This document shows, in pieces, positions 14,733 through 32,731 of a DNA stretch of 64,000 nucleotides (positions are counted from its first letter, which is position 1; each line of letters starts with the position of its first letter). The notes below the pieces were generated by a model, which saw nothing but the letters and a program-made list of their open reading frames with translations, ran no database searches and had not been told where the DNA came from. A program made the translations under genes and the position numbers. This DNA comes from Salpingoeca rosetta (taxonomy: Eukaryota; Protista; Choanoflagellata), in NCBI GenBank assembly GCA_033442325.1, contig JAWQFM010000002.1:666182-730181 (forward strand), in the 5' to 3' direction.

Positions 14733-17700
14733 TCAAGAGCGGCCGCCCTGGCCGGCAGCAAGGTGGCTGTTGTTGCGCTTCTTCTTCTTCTTCATGTTGG
14801 AGAGCATGAGGGAGATGTACGAGGTGAGCAGGTCATCCATCTTGTACCCGAGCGTCGTCTCGCACAGCAGCTTCGAGCCCTTCACCATGCTGCCAATCGC
14901 CATGTGGAAGTACGTGCCGCCAGAGCTCCAGTTGGAGATCTTCGTAAACGGGTGCGTCTGCAGCACCTCCTTGTTCTCCGGGTTGATCAGGTTGACGCCG
15001 TTCTTGTTGATGGCAATGAGCAGCTGCTGCGGCAGGTGCGTCTCTGTCGTCTGCCGAACCTCAAAGAAGGCAGACCCAAACGTGGGCCAGCGCGCAATGA
15101 TCTTCAGGAACGAAATCTTGGCGTCCTGCGGCGACTTGCCAGAGTGCTTGTTGAAGGCAAGCACAATCGCGCGCTTCCACTCGTCCGGGCTCATAATGTC
15201 AATCATGTCGTAAGGGACCAGCTCCTTGAGCATGTGCGGCAGCGACCCAAACTCCTTCTTGTCGTCGCCAAAGCGCACCCGGTACTGCAGGGCCGCCAGC
15301 TGCACAGCCTCCTCCTTGGTGCACTTGTGGTACCCGCGCAGAAGCTTGGGCAGCTCCTGGTGGTAGTGGAAGATGCAGTCCGCGTTGGGGTCCTTGCCCA
15401 CCACCGTGTTGGACCACAGCTTGCGCATGAAGAACACCTGGTACACCAGGTTCGGGTTCTGGCCAGAGGCGTGCTGCTTCGTCTTCTTCAGCCACTCCGT
15501 CAGGTGCCGCACAAAGTCAAAAAAGAAGTCGCCCTCCGGCACGCTAATCACCTTGTCCGCAATCTTCACAAACAGGCTGAAGCCCTCCACGCTCGCCAGC
15601 TGCAGCCGCTTGCCAATCGCCTGGCAAAAGTCCTTGGCGCGCGTGCTCGAGTCCACCTCAAACGCCTGGTCGCTGTCGTCGGGGAAGTACACCTTGTGGT
15701 AGATGCTCAGCTTCTTGTTCTGGATCGCCTCCACCTCCACCAGGTGCGGTGGGTACTTGCGCTGCCCGGCACGGATGATCTTCGTCAGCCGGTTCTGGCA
15801 GTCTGTCGCCACGGGCTGCCGCGGCGCCTTGCTGCGCAGGAACGCGTTCACCTCCTTCAGCAGCGTCGTGCTGCAAGGGAAGCACCCCGTGCACAGCCAG
15901 AACAGCTCCCACCCGCGCTCCTCCGAGATGCGCGTCTTGTTGTCCGTGAGCTGCTTGATGAGCTGGCAGTACACCTCGTCCCGCAGCGGCTCGTGCGCCA
16001 GCGGGAACTCGAAGATGAGGTCCGTCAGCTCCGTGGAGCAGCGCGCCTTCTTCGAGGGGTAGTCCCCCATGTACTTCATGATGTTCTGGTAAATCTGCAC
16101 CGCCTTGATGCTCAGGTCCTCCACCTCGCAGATCTTCAGCAGCAGCGGCTGCTTGATCACGTCCCGCGAGTGCGACCACGGCGTCGCCCGCGACGACCCG
16201 CGCTTGAACGACCGCCGCCCGAGCGTCCGCGTCAGCGACTTCTTCGGCGGCGCGCGGAAGTGCTGCGCGGCAAAGGCGTCCAGCGTGTAGGCGCCCACCT
16301 CCTCCTCGTCAAGCTCGTCCTCGCCCGTGGCCACCAGGGCGTCCGCTGCCTCGTCGCTCTGGTCCTGGAACAGGTGCAGAATGTCCTTGGAGGGCTTGGT
16401 CAGCGCAGGCAACACGTACACGCAGTTGGCGGGGAAGTCGCCCTCCTCGCCCGTGCGGTCGTTGCGGCCAAAGCACCAGCCAGAGTGCAGCACGCTGCTG
16501 CCGTCGTCCTGGTCCAGCACAATCAGGTCGCCCTTGGTCAGGCTGAGGAACGACGACCCGTCCCCGGGGCTGGAGTAGTCGGTCATGGCCACGCAGAACT
16601 TGGACTTGTGCCGCAGCCCCTCCAGGAAGGTCAGCACGAGGTCGCGAATGTCGTCGCCGTTGGTGCTCGTGAACGTGTACTCGTCGCCCTTGACCGTGGT
16701 GATGGTGAAGCTCTGGCCCTGCGACTTGCCGCTGCGGCTGCTGCTCACGTTGGTGATCTCCGGGTACGAGCACTCGAGCAGCACGCGCTCCTGGTCGTCC
16801 ACAATGTACACGCCCGTCCAGTTGACGGCGATGATCACGTCGTTCTTGGGCAGGCTGGGCCCGCTGAACTTGTACGCCTCGTAGAAGCGCGAGAAGAGCA
16901 GTGGCCACTCGTTCTTGGCAAACGTCACCACGTCCTCCTTCACCCGCTGCACGGGCCAGCAGTTGCGCGTGTACTCCGCGCGCGCGTGGCACTTCTCAAT
17001 GCGCGGCGCCCACTTCTCCGGCGAGCGCGCCTGCAGCGCAGAGTCGGGGATGTACGAGGGGATGAGCCGGATCAGCCGCTCCGTGTCCATGTCCGGGCCG
17101 TACTCCACGTAAAACTGCTTGGCGGCAATCTCCGCCAGCTGCTCGTCCTTCTCGCAGCGGTACTCGCCAAACTTGATGCCGCGCACCACCTGCTGGTAGA
17201 TGAGGTTGGTGCCCACCTCGTCCTGCGCAGGGTCGTGCCAGGGCGCGAAAATCTCCTTGCGGAAGAACAGGCGCCAGGGGGCGTTGCGCTCCTGCGCGCC
17301 CTGCTCCTTGGCGTACTGCTCGCACTGGGAGATGGCGTCCATGACGTGGTCCCCGCCGCTGCCGAGCGACGACACCTTGTCAAACAGCGCAATGTACAAC
17401 GAGAAGCCAAACTTGTCCTGCAGCCCAATCTTCTCCGCTAGCTGGTCGCACAGCTCCGAGGCCGTGGTGGCAGAGTCCGCCAGGAGCGTCTTGGTGTTGC
17501 CGTCCATAAACGTGATGGGCAGCATGAGCGGCTTCTTCGACTTGGTCGCCTGCAGCTCCAGCCACGACGGCGGCTGGTGGCGCGTGCCGTTGAGCTGCGT
17601 GCGCTTGAGGCGCTCCTCGCAGTACGGCGCGTACCCTGGCGGGCCCTCGCCGATGAAGCAGCGCAGGTACTTGACAAAGCGGTCGCTGGGCGCAAAGCAG

Positions 17701-20700
17701 CCCAGGCACAGCGACAGCAGGATCCACCCGCGCGCGTGGCTCGACTTGGACGGGTTCTGCGTCAGCTGCTTGCAAATCTGGCAGTAAATCTCGTCGCGCA
17801 GCTCCGGGCGAAGGATGCCGTGGCCGATGATGAAGTGCAGCTTCTCCAGGTTGCTTGTGGGCCTCTGCTGCAGCGGCATGACCGCGTTGTCATTGGCCTC
17901 GCCGGCCTCCTCGGCCTCCGCGCGCTGCCGCTCGCGCTCAATCTGCTCTTGCATCTCCTTGCTCATCTTGCTCTTCTTGCGCAGCGTCATGGAGGCCAGC
18001 TTCTTGCGCAGGCTCTTCTTCTCCTCCTCCGGCGCATCCCCGCCCTCTGACGCCTGCTGCTGCTGCTGGTCTTGTTGTTGCAGCATCTCATCCACAGACA
18101 TGGAGGCGGCCGACGCGCCTTGGTCGTCGCTCTCGCGCAGGTTCTTCTTGCTGAAGCGACGGCCGAGCGTCTTGTACATGCGGCCCATCACAGACTGGTT
18201 GTCCTTGCCCTGGCTGACAGAGTCGCGCTGGTACTTTGGCTCCGGCATGTCGCCCATGAATCGCAGGATGGTGATCCACACGGACAGCGCAGCCTGCTGG
18301 TCTGCCGGGTTCTTCAGCGCCAGCAGCGGCTGCTTGATGGGGCGCCGGATGTAGAACGCGTTGGCGTTGCCCTGGAAGTACGTGCCAGCAAACTTGCTGA
18401 ACTTGAACTGGCTCACGTCCTCCTCGCTCTCCGGGATGACGCGCGAGTCAAAGCCAAAGCCCTCCGGCGCGTCAAACTCCTCCTGGGGAGCCTCGGGCAG
18501 GTCCTGGAAGCCGAGCGGGCCCTCGCCGCGCACGCCCTCCTCCTCCTCAACAAAGCCAAACATCTCGTCCACGAGCTGGGCATCGTTGACGTCGCGGTCA
18601 TCGCGTGCCTGCTTCTCGGCCTCGGCCTGCGCAATCTCCCTGCGCTTTGCCTCTGCCTCCTCCTTGCGGCGTCGGTCCTCGTCCTCGATGCGCTTGAGGG
18701 CCTCCTGCTTCTGGCGGTCGGCCTCTGCTGCAGCCAGGCCGCGCTTGATGGCCGCCTGCCGCTCCGCCTCCGCCGCGGCCTCCTTGCGCAGCCGGTCCAC
18801 GCGCTGCAGCGCAAGCACCATCGAGAAGATGGCCTGCATGTTCTCCACCGCAGACACAATCGAGCGGTGCGTCTGGCGCGCCAGGAACCCGCGGATGCGC
18901 GTCTGCAGGCCGAGGATGTTGGTGCGCGTGGCCTGGAAGTTCTGGGAAAGCTTCTTCATGCGGATTGTGGCCTGGAGGCGGCCAAAGCCCGTGCGCATGG
19001 CCGCAAACCGCTGGCGGGCGAGGTGGGCGCGGAAGCGCGTCTGCACCACCAGCATGGACGACTTCATGGCGGTGAAGCGGGCGCGCGCCATGGCACCGCG
19101 CAGCACGCGCTGCAGCACGACGGCCTGGTCCGTGAAGGCGTCCTCGCGCGCGTCCTCCAGCTTCTGGTCGTGGGCGTCCTTGAGGAACACCTTGGTGTGG
19201 CCGGCCTGCCAGTCTGCAGCGCCAGCCTCGCCAAGCACGCGCGTGGCGAGCTTGAGGGCGTTCTCCTTGTCTGCGCTGGACCCGGCGGGCGGGATGGAGC
19301 TGTCGAGGAGGCGGTAGCGGGCAATAAACTCGGCAAACGAGTGGCGGATCGGGTACCCCGCGCGGCGGATGCGAATGGTCTCCATCATGCCGGAGTAGCG
19401 CAGCTGGCGCGTGCACAGCAGGCGGTCAAACATGTTGGGCTTCTTGTACTCGTTGGGCTTGATGCAGCGGACAAAGTACGGGTTGCAGGCGCCGAGCGTC
19501 TTCATGAGGGCGTCCAGGCTGCGCTTGAACTGCGAGGCAAGCGTCTGCTTCTTGGAGCGCGTCTCGCTGCCGGCGGACATGTCGCTCTCAAACAGGCTGA
19601 CCAGAAACTGGTTCTCGCTGTCCGAGATGACGCCAACGAGGTCGTTGGAGAAGGTGTCCCTGTTCTTGTCCAGGAAGCCGTGGCTGTGGTAGTACACGTT
19701 GCCGGCAAAGTGGCAGATGCCAAATGTCGGGTCGGAGCGAGCGCGCGGCTTGAGGTACAGGCCGTTCTTGTCGTGGTGCTGGTGCAGCTTGGTCAGCATG
19801 CTCTCGTCCGTGCCCTTGGGGAACTTGGCCTCCTCGTCCACGAGCGCGAGGATGTTCATGGGCTTCTCCGCAATCATGTCCAGCACGGGCTGGTTGTCCT
19901 GGAAGTCAATCTTGGACCAGTTGATGCCCTCCTTGTCGTACTCCAGCTGCTCCAACTTGAAGATGTGCTGCACGAAGAACTGCTGCAGGTTCTCGTTGCA
20001 GAAGTTGATGCACAGCTGCTCAAAACTGCAGGCGGTTCAGTTTTGGGACAAGGGGGGAGGCGGGAGGCGAGGGTTACAAGGGGAGGATGTGAGCATTGAG
20101 TGAGCCAGCAGGGGGTCAGGGGATCGGTGGGATGCATTCATGTTGCATACAGAAGCAAACAAAACAGCATACCCACACACCCACACACCCACACACCCAC
20201 ACACCCACACACCCATACACACATGCACACGTTCAAACACACACAAACACACATGCACACGTTCCAAACACACACAAACACACACGCACACGTTCAAACA
20301 CACGCACGCGCCACCAAGCAAACAAAACAGAGCCGCGGCGAACCTGTTCTGGGTGAAGTTCTCAAAGCCGAAGATGTCAAGGACGCCAATGCTGGTGCGC
20401 TTTGCACTGCGCTTGCTCTGCTTGGAGATGGTTGAGTTGATCTTGTCGACAATCCACACGAAGATGCGGCCGTACACCTGCTTGACAAAGGCGTCGCGCA
20501 CGTCTGTTGCCTTCTCATTGTCGAGTTGCTTGACAATGGTCTCGCCGCGGGTGACGGTGGTCTGCGTGGTCAGGGCATCGGCCATGGCCTCGGCGTCGCA
20601 CTGGAACAGCTTGCACGCGCTCTCCACGGCGTCCATGTTGACCACCTCCGCCGCCATCATGTTGTTCACCTCGCTCTCCTCAAACTCGGTGTTGCCCATG

Positions 20701-20976
20701 TGCAGGAAGGCGGCGACGAGGCGGAAGATGTTCCACTGCTCCTCCTCCGTGAAGCCGAGCACCTTCATGGCGCCGCGGATGCCGCCCCACTCCTCGCGGT
20801 CATCGACGCCCGGCAGGTTGATGCAGTCGCCCCCAGTCAGGTAGGCGTAGTCCTCGCACTTGGTCAGCCCGAGCGCGCTCAGCTCCTCCGCGCTCGACCC
20901 AACAATCAGCCGGTAGAACACGTGGTAGTTGCGCTCATCAGCCGCCTAACCGTTCAGTGTGTGATGGTTGCAATGG

Positions 20977-21036
<60 letters not shown>

Positions 21037-21892
21037 TGTCAAGGGTTATTAGTCGCATCTGCGGAGCTGAGAGGGGTTCACGTCCGCAACAAAGACACAC
21101 GAATATGGCTACGGCAACAACCAAACCATTGGTACCATGACACTCACATATACGCAACACACAACCTCCCAAACGGCCTCTCTCTTCAGAACAGACACAG
21201 ACACAGACACAGACACAGACACACAGACAGACACACACACAAACATACACACCTGGAAGGAGAGGCGGGACTTTTCGAGGAGGTACTGCTCGATGCTTGC
21301 GCCCTCAATGGCGCCATCCTCATCAAAGCTGATGTCAATGTACTTTCCGAAACGCGACGAGTTGTCGTTGCGAATGGTCTTGGCGTTGCCAAATGCCTCC
21401 ATGATGGGGTTGGCCTCCAGAATCTGCTGCTCAATCCACGAGTGTTGGCCAGAGACCGCGGCAAGAAACTGCAGCACAAGCTTCGTGGTCTCCGTCTTGC
21501 CTGCACCAGACTCGCCCGAGATGACGCAGCACTGGTTGCGCTTGTCGCGTCGCATCATGGTGTACGCGGCGTCGGCAATGGCGAAGATGTGGGGCGGCAG
21601 GTCGCCAATCTTGGTGTTCTTGTATGTCTCCATGTGGCTGCCATCGTAAATGTCCAGCGCCTGGTACGGGTTCACCGCAACCAGAATCGAACCCGTGTAC
21701 GTCTGCACAGAAAAAGAAGGAGGAGGATGACACAAGTTTGGGGATGGCGCGTGCGCGCGCGCGAGAGAGAGAGAGGGGGGGTGTGTGGCGACAGACAAGC
21801 GGGTCAGAACGCAAAACGAGACTGATGGCAGTCATGCACACATGCAAACACCTGCACACAAACGCACACAAACAAACAAACAAACAAACAAA

Positions 21893-21928
<36 letters not shown>

Positions 21929-22756
21929 CCAGCTTACGTAAAGCTTGCAGCCCTCTGGATCGTTGTAACGGATCTGAAGGTTGCGAAGGATGCCTGCTTC
22001 GTGCAAATCACCGAGTTGAATCTGCAAAGAACGGGTCAAACAAAGCAACAACATCCGTGGTGTGCACGGTAAGCGGTGAGATGTGCAAACAAAGAGGAGA
22101 GAGAGGGAGAAGGGGGGCAAGGGCGGGCATGGCACGAATCAGGGGGAGGGGGGGAGCTGAAAAGCAACGGGAACGCACCATGTCTTCCACGCCATTGGCC
22201 GACGTCGGATGCATGATTTTCAGCTTGGCGTCTGCTTCTGCAGTGGGCACCCATATTTCCTGGCAATTGGGAGCAGAGGAAAGAGGGTTAGTGCCTGACT
22301 TGGACGGGACTTGGAGAAAGGCAAACAGCACCGACAAGGATTGAGAGCCGGTGCGCCAACCAACCACACACAAAAAACAAGCTGCGTCTACAGATACAAC
22401 ACACACACACATACACACACACACACCTCGTTTTCGTCTGTGACGATGATAATCTGGCCTGAATCTGCTTGCTTGACGCGAGCGCCAATGGGCAAGTCAA
22501 ACTCGCCCTGGCCACCCGCATCATACCACACGAGGTCGCCCTGAATGTCGTGAACGTCGACGGGCAAAGGCCGGGGGGGGGGGGAGTGCAATGCCATGCA
22601 TGTGTGAGGTCGACCCACCAAATCACCAAAACAAGGACCAGGCAAGAGAGAACAGCACACGCACGCACAACGGGCGTCGAATCAAGTGCATGTGCGTGTA
22701 TGTTGTGTGTTGGGGGGCGGGGCGGGCGTCGGCTATACCTTGGCGACGACAACCAT
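14733..22756 (-). CDS. MYO7A: Unconventional myosin VIIa ortholog (motor, IQ motifs, SAH-like helix, MyTH4-FERM, SH3, MyTH4-FERM); 7 coding exons, the last (14733-20025) about 5.3 kb
   Basis: MVVVAK|GDLVWYD...FDLPIGA|...[12 protein letters not shown]|[15 protein letters not shown]|[13 protein letters not shown]...[11 protein letters not shown]...[10 protein letters not shown]|...LDIFGFENF. Tail motifs [47 protein letters not shown] and [20 protein letters not shown] are MYO7A-typical. Confidence 0.97.
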
Positions 22757-23361
22757 GCTTGCGGCTTAACAGGAAGCGGTGCAAGTTTGTTGTGTGTGAA
22801 TCTGTGTTGCGCGTGATACAGGCAGAGTTTGACATGCAACAACGTCAGCCAGTGAACACATGCAGGGGACGAGAAGTGTGGGGGTTGGGGTTGGGGTTGG
22901 TCAGCAAGAAGGATTGGAAGGCTGAGCGCCCCCTACCCCCTAAGGTCTTGAAAGGACAACAGCAGAGCCAAGGAAGAGATGTGGGGCGTGGACGAGCAGA
23001 AACCAAAACACAAGCAAGCCCAGTGGTATGCGACATCAAAACAAAACCAACCAGCCAACGCAACGAGCAGCAACCAATGCACGAGCGAAACAGAAACGGC
23101 TGACACAAAGAGGTGGCTTGATGTCACACACATCCGAACACGCACACACACTTGGTTCTTGCTTGCTTGCTCGACCGGCACAACACATACGGACGACGCA
23201 AACACACACAAGCAGCGGAAAGGGGGGGGGGGAAGGTTGTACTCGCCTGTCGTTGTGGGTTGATGATGGGAGGGGCAAGGAGAAGGTGAAGTTGTTGTTG
23301 TGGTTTTGGTTTTGGGTTGTGTATTTTTTATTTATTTGTGATGACGGAAAAGTTAAGGGAA

Positions 23362-23444
23362 TCATTGCGAAAACGCAAAATTGACGTCGTTTCTTAAACC
23401 TGGTGTTGTGTGTGACACGACACACAAAAACATGCATGTGAGCT

Positions 23445-23542
<98 letters not shown>

Positions 23543-24250
23543 GACATAGCTTTGTGATTGTGGCAGCACTCACCGCAGACGTTGTTGCCGCGATAGAGGC
23601 GGATGTAACCGTTCTCGCCCCTGCGCAAGACAAGATTTGTGCATTGTGGCAATGTGAGTGTGAATACAACATTGAGTGGTGTACGTACACACAGGTCGTC
23701 TTTGCACACAGGTTGTCTTTGCACACAGGCCGTCTTGCATGCATGCAGGGATAGGGGCATGTGCGAGGTAATGTGGGATGAGTGTCACGTACCAGTCTTC
23801 GCCCCACGAGTTGCGAACAGTCCAGTATGGAATTGCAGGTCCTGAGGAACACCAAAGCAAGAAGCCAGTGGCAGAGTAATGCGACAGCCGCGAAACAGGA
23901 GAGATGCAGAGTGAGGCCTCACGTGCTGAAAGCACACATGAGATGCACACGCACTGCATGCACATGAATGCGCACTGCATGTGCCGTTTAAAGTTACACA
24001 GAAAGATACGCACCGCTGGAGGAATCGATGCCGTATCCCACAATTTGCACGGCATGCTGCAGAGAAGTGAGAATGGGCGATTGGGTCAGTCGAAGAGCTT
24101 CAGTACGTGGGGAAGACAGTAGGAGAACGTATCTGGCACGTTTGGTTTGATCTCAAACACACACACACACAGATAGAGAGAGGAGCATTCACAGAGAAAC
24201 AGAAACACAGACATACAGAGGACACAGACACAGACACGGGCACAGATATA

Positions 24251-24283
<33 letters not shown>

Positions 24284-24637
24284 GCGCGCACACACACACG
24301 CAAACAGGCAGCTGCACGTACGTTTGCTGAGGCGGGCTGGGAGGAGCAGTGGTAACGCATGATGCCAGAAGAATACCCATGCCAGGGCTCCGCGTCCACT
24401 TGAATCGCAAGTGGACCATACTGAATAATTTTGCGCGCGCGCGCGTGTGTGTGATTGCGCGCGCGCGTGTGTGTGTGTGCGTGTGTGTGTGTGCGTGTGT
24501 GTGTGTGCGTGTGTGTGTGTGCGTGTGTGTGTGTGTGNNNNNNNNNNNNNNNNNNNNNNNNNNNNNNNNNNNNNNNNNNNNNNNNNNNNNNNNNNNNNNN
24601 NNNNNNNNNNNNNNNNNNNNNNNNNNNNNNNNNNNNN

Positions 24638-24686
<49 letters not shown>

Positions 24687-26708
24687 TGTGTGTGTGTGTG
24701 TGTGTGTGTAGGTAGGCTCAATGTGAGCTTGGTGTAGACTTGAATGTGACCAATTGAACACGACCACCACATAGGCAAAAGGGGTGGACATACGTTCGCA
24801 ACAAACGCGAGCATGTCCTTCTCCTTCATCTTGGGGCAGCGACACGTGGCGTTGATGGTGACAAAGGGTCGAGAAAGGGCTGGGCACTGCGGGAGAGAGT
24901 TTTTGCAGCCTTTGTCGCACTTGAACGGAAACGCCGTGTCCGGCTCCAACCCTTTACCTGTATGTCCACGACACGGGTTATGTTACAGCGCCAGCAAGCA
25001 GGCCGTCAGGTGTGGTGCCAGCACAAAGGCGAAGCATGAATGCGACAATGTGTTGCAGCACACATACACACACACACACACACACACCTGCTTCATTAAC
25101 ACTCAGAGATGCACAAGTGAATGACACGCACACAGGCACAAAGCCACAGACAGACAGCCAGACACATAAGACACACGCACACACCTACCTTGCTCGCTCT
25201 TGTCCAGGACATATGTAAAAGCGCCTGAGATGGAGCCGCCATGGCATCCATTTGCTTGTGTGTCGCATGACAGGATCTGCAGCATGGTTGAGCGGAGCGG
25301 AGCGGAGCCATTACGAGCATGCGGAGAAAGCATGTCACTCTCATTCCATGCACGTTCGCAGACACAGACAGACAGACAGAGAGACACGGCACACAGCAGG
25401 CCGTGTTGCGTCACTTGCCTGCTGCACAGAGAGTTTTGGTTCAGGCAAAGTGTGTCCACTGAGCACCCAGCTTGCTTCTACCGTCTCCACAGCAGAGAAT
25501 GCCCTGCCAACATGAGCAAGAGCAGGCGGCACGCACATCAGGATGAGCGTGCGTTGTTGCGAGCAGCTTTGATGGCAATGTCATGCATCATGTGGCTGAG
25601 TCGACGTGATTCCTGCACGCAGGTGCACCCATCCGTCCACTCATCCGTTCATACATCTATCCATCCACTCACCAGCAGCCGCCGCACTACACAACAAAGG
25701 AAGAGAAGTAGTGGTGTGAGAGGAGCCGTGATGGACAGGCATGCAGCGGGAATTAAGAAGCGATTCGCATGGCATACAGAGGCGAAGAAGCAAGGGCCGC
25801 GCACCTGTCCTTGGTCACGCACGGCTGTGATGACACCGCGCGAGTCGTTCCGCCTGAAATGCGGGGTGCGTGCGTGCATGGTGTGCATGCGCAAGTTGGT
25901 GAGTTGGGGCGGGAGGGGAAGGGAGAGGAAGGGAGTGTGCAGCGAACCATGTTACACACAGACAGACAGACAGACACACACAGACACAGAGAGACAGACG
26001 CGCGCGCTCAGACACAGACACACGCACACACAGACACACACAGACAGAGAGAAAGAGGCACAGACAGACAGACAGACAGACACAGACACAGACACAGACA
26101 CAGACACAGACACAGACACAGACACACACAGACACACACAGACACACACAGACAGACACACAACACACACACACACAGACAGACAGACAGACACACACAC
26201 ACACACACACACACCAGTCGAATGCGTCTGGGATGGCCAGGCCGAGCGCGGCATTTGTGTTCATGTTCGTGCTCAGTTCACAGTTGACCGGGCTGCTGGC
26301 GCATCTGGGGTTGCCGATAGCCGTGGATACGGGTCGGGTGCCAAGCAAGGCGCGGAACTCCTCCACGGTCCAATCCGAGAACTTGTCTGGCTTGAAGACG
26401 GCAGTGTGGCCAGCGGAGACGGTGGCAGCGCTGGCACTGCGTTGCTGATACAGCTGCACGTTGCGTGCAAACACGCGACGTCGAAACGCGTGCTCCGTGG
26501 CATTGCTTGCATACAAGCGACCAAAGTCCTTGACAAACGACGTGAACAGGGCATCCAGCTGCGCCTCACTCAGCCGCCACTCTCCGCTGTCCTCTCGTCC
26601 TCCATCTCGTCCTCCTTTGGCGCTGCTGCCCGCAGCCATGCAGGCGCACAGCAGCGCCACCACAACCACAACCAATCGTGGTGGTTGCTGAGTCATTGTC
26701 ATCGTCAT
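23362..26708 (-). CDS. CTSO: Papain-family (C1A) cysteine protease, cathepsin O-like; signal peptide, I29 prodomain, many short exons
   Basis: IPDAFDW|[16 protein letters not shown]|CGGCW|AFSAVE...LSVQQ|ILSCD...GCHGG...|[27 protein letters not shown]...AN|HAVQIVGYG|...[10 protein letters not shown]...|[26 protein letters not shown] and HCSS..AN-HAV resemble cathepsin O. The subfamily symbol is less certain than the family. Confidence 0.8.
24538..24637. other. Assembly gap (100 N)
   Basis: Run of n characters inside a protease intron. Confidence 0.99.
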
Positions 26709-27322
26709 CGCCGTGTTTTTGTTTGTTTGTGTGTTTGGCAAGTGCGTCTGTCCTGCATCATCACGTCGACGCTCCTCCCATCTCGCGTCTCACCTGCTGG
26801 TTCCAGCATCCCCACTGACAGCCCGACCATCTTGTGTGCTGTGTGCGTGTATGTGTGAACAGCCGGGAGGACAACGAGCAGCAGGGACCTCAGCAACAGC
26901 AGCAGGAAGGGGAGCAATCAATCATAAGTTCCGCATATGGAGGGGAGAGAGAGAACCGGAACACGCGCACAAGAGCACCATCTACATCAACAGCAAGCAA
27001 AAGCAACATGCATACAAGCAACATGCATACAGCAACGAGAGGAGGAAAGGAAGGGCACTTTGGGGGGGGGGGAGGGGATGGAATGACTGATACAAACAGC
27101 AAGCAAGCAAGTCAACAAGAGCACTTGGACAAGAAGCAAACATGACTTGCCAACAAACAACGAATTTGTCTTCTTCTCTCACTGTTACACACCACACACA
27201 CACACACACATACATACACACATCAGCCAGAAAACGTAGCAGTGCATCAAACGAAACAACACAAGAAAGTGAAAGGTCACATGCGTGCCCGTGCAGCTGG
27301 GTGTGGACAAGAGAGGTCAAGC

Positions 27323-32064
<4,742 letters not shown>

Positions 32065-32510
32065 GCTGGCAAACTGACTGGCACTCAATCACTCGATGAA
32101 GCACACAAGCTACGACGCTGATCCCGCGCGCTCTCTCTCTCTCTCGTACGAACAAACGACAGGCGGACAGGCCTGAGGTTGCGACGGACAATCAAAGCAC
32201 ACAGACGCAGAGGCAGACAACAACAGCGACGGGCAAGCAAGTGAAGAAGGCTTCGTTTGTTTGGTTTTGCTGCTGCTGCTGCTGCTGACGTGATTTGGGG
32301 GGAGGGGGTGCGGCTGGGTGTGGGCGCTGTTGATGTTGCTGTTGATGTTGATGGCGATAGGGTTGTGGTGTGGAGAGATGCCGCGACAGCCAGCCAGCAG
32401 AGAAAAAAAAAATTTGGCACAGAAGGAAGGAAGAGGGCGTGTCGGGTACAGAAATATTTTGAAAGATATCACAAATTACGGAAGAAGGCTGACTTCGTTG
32501 CCACAACACT

Positions 32511-32527
32511 GGCGCGCGAAATTTGAA
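32511..32527 (+). promoter_or_regulatory. Putative E2F/CDE-CHR element (GGCGCGC-GAAA-TTTGAA) upstream of MPS1/TTK
   Basis: GCGCGAAA is the reverse complement of the canonical E2F site TTTCGCGC and abuts TTTGAA (CHR consensus), about 205 nt before the ATG. A second TTTGAA lies at 32458-32463. Confidence 0.55.
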
Positions 32528-32591
32528 AAGCGTCAGTCTCGCCATCGCTTTTTGTTTGTCTGTCAGTCGTCTGCGTGCGCCACACACACAC

Positions 32592-32705
<114 letters not shown>

Positions 32706-32731
32706 GCAGAGAGGCAAAGAACACCTTCAGA

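Noticed and set aside
14763-20099. 892-aa and 675-aa plus-strand ORFs
   Set aside because: Antisense shadows of the large MYO7A exon, caused by codon bias that avoids stops on the opposite strand.
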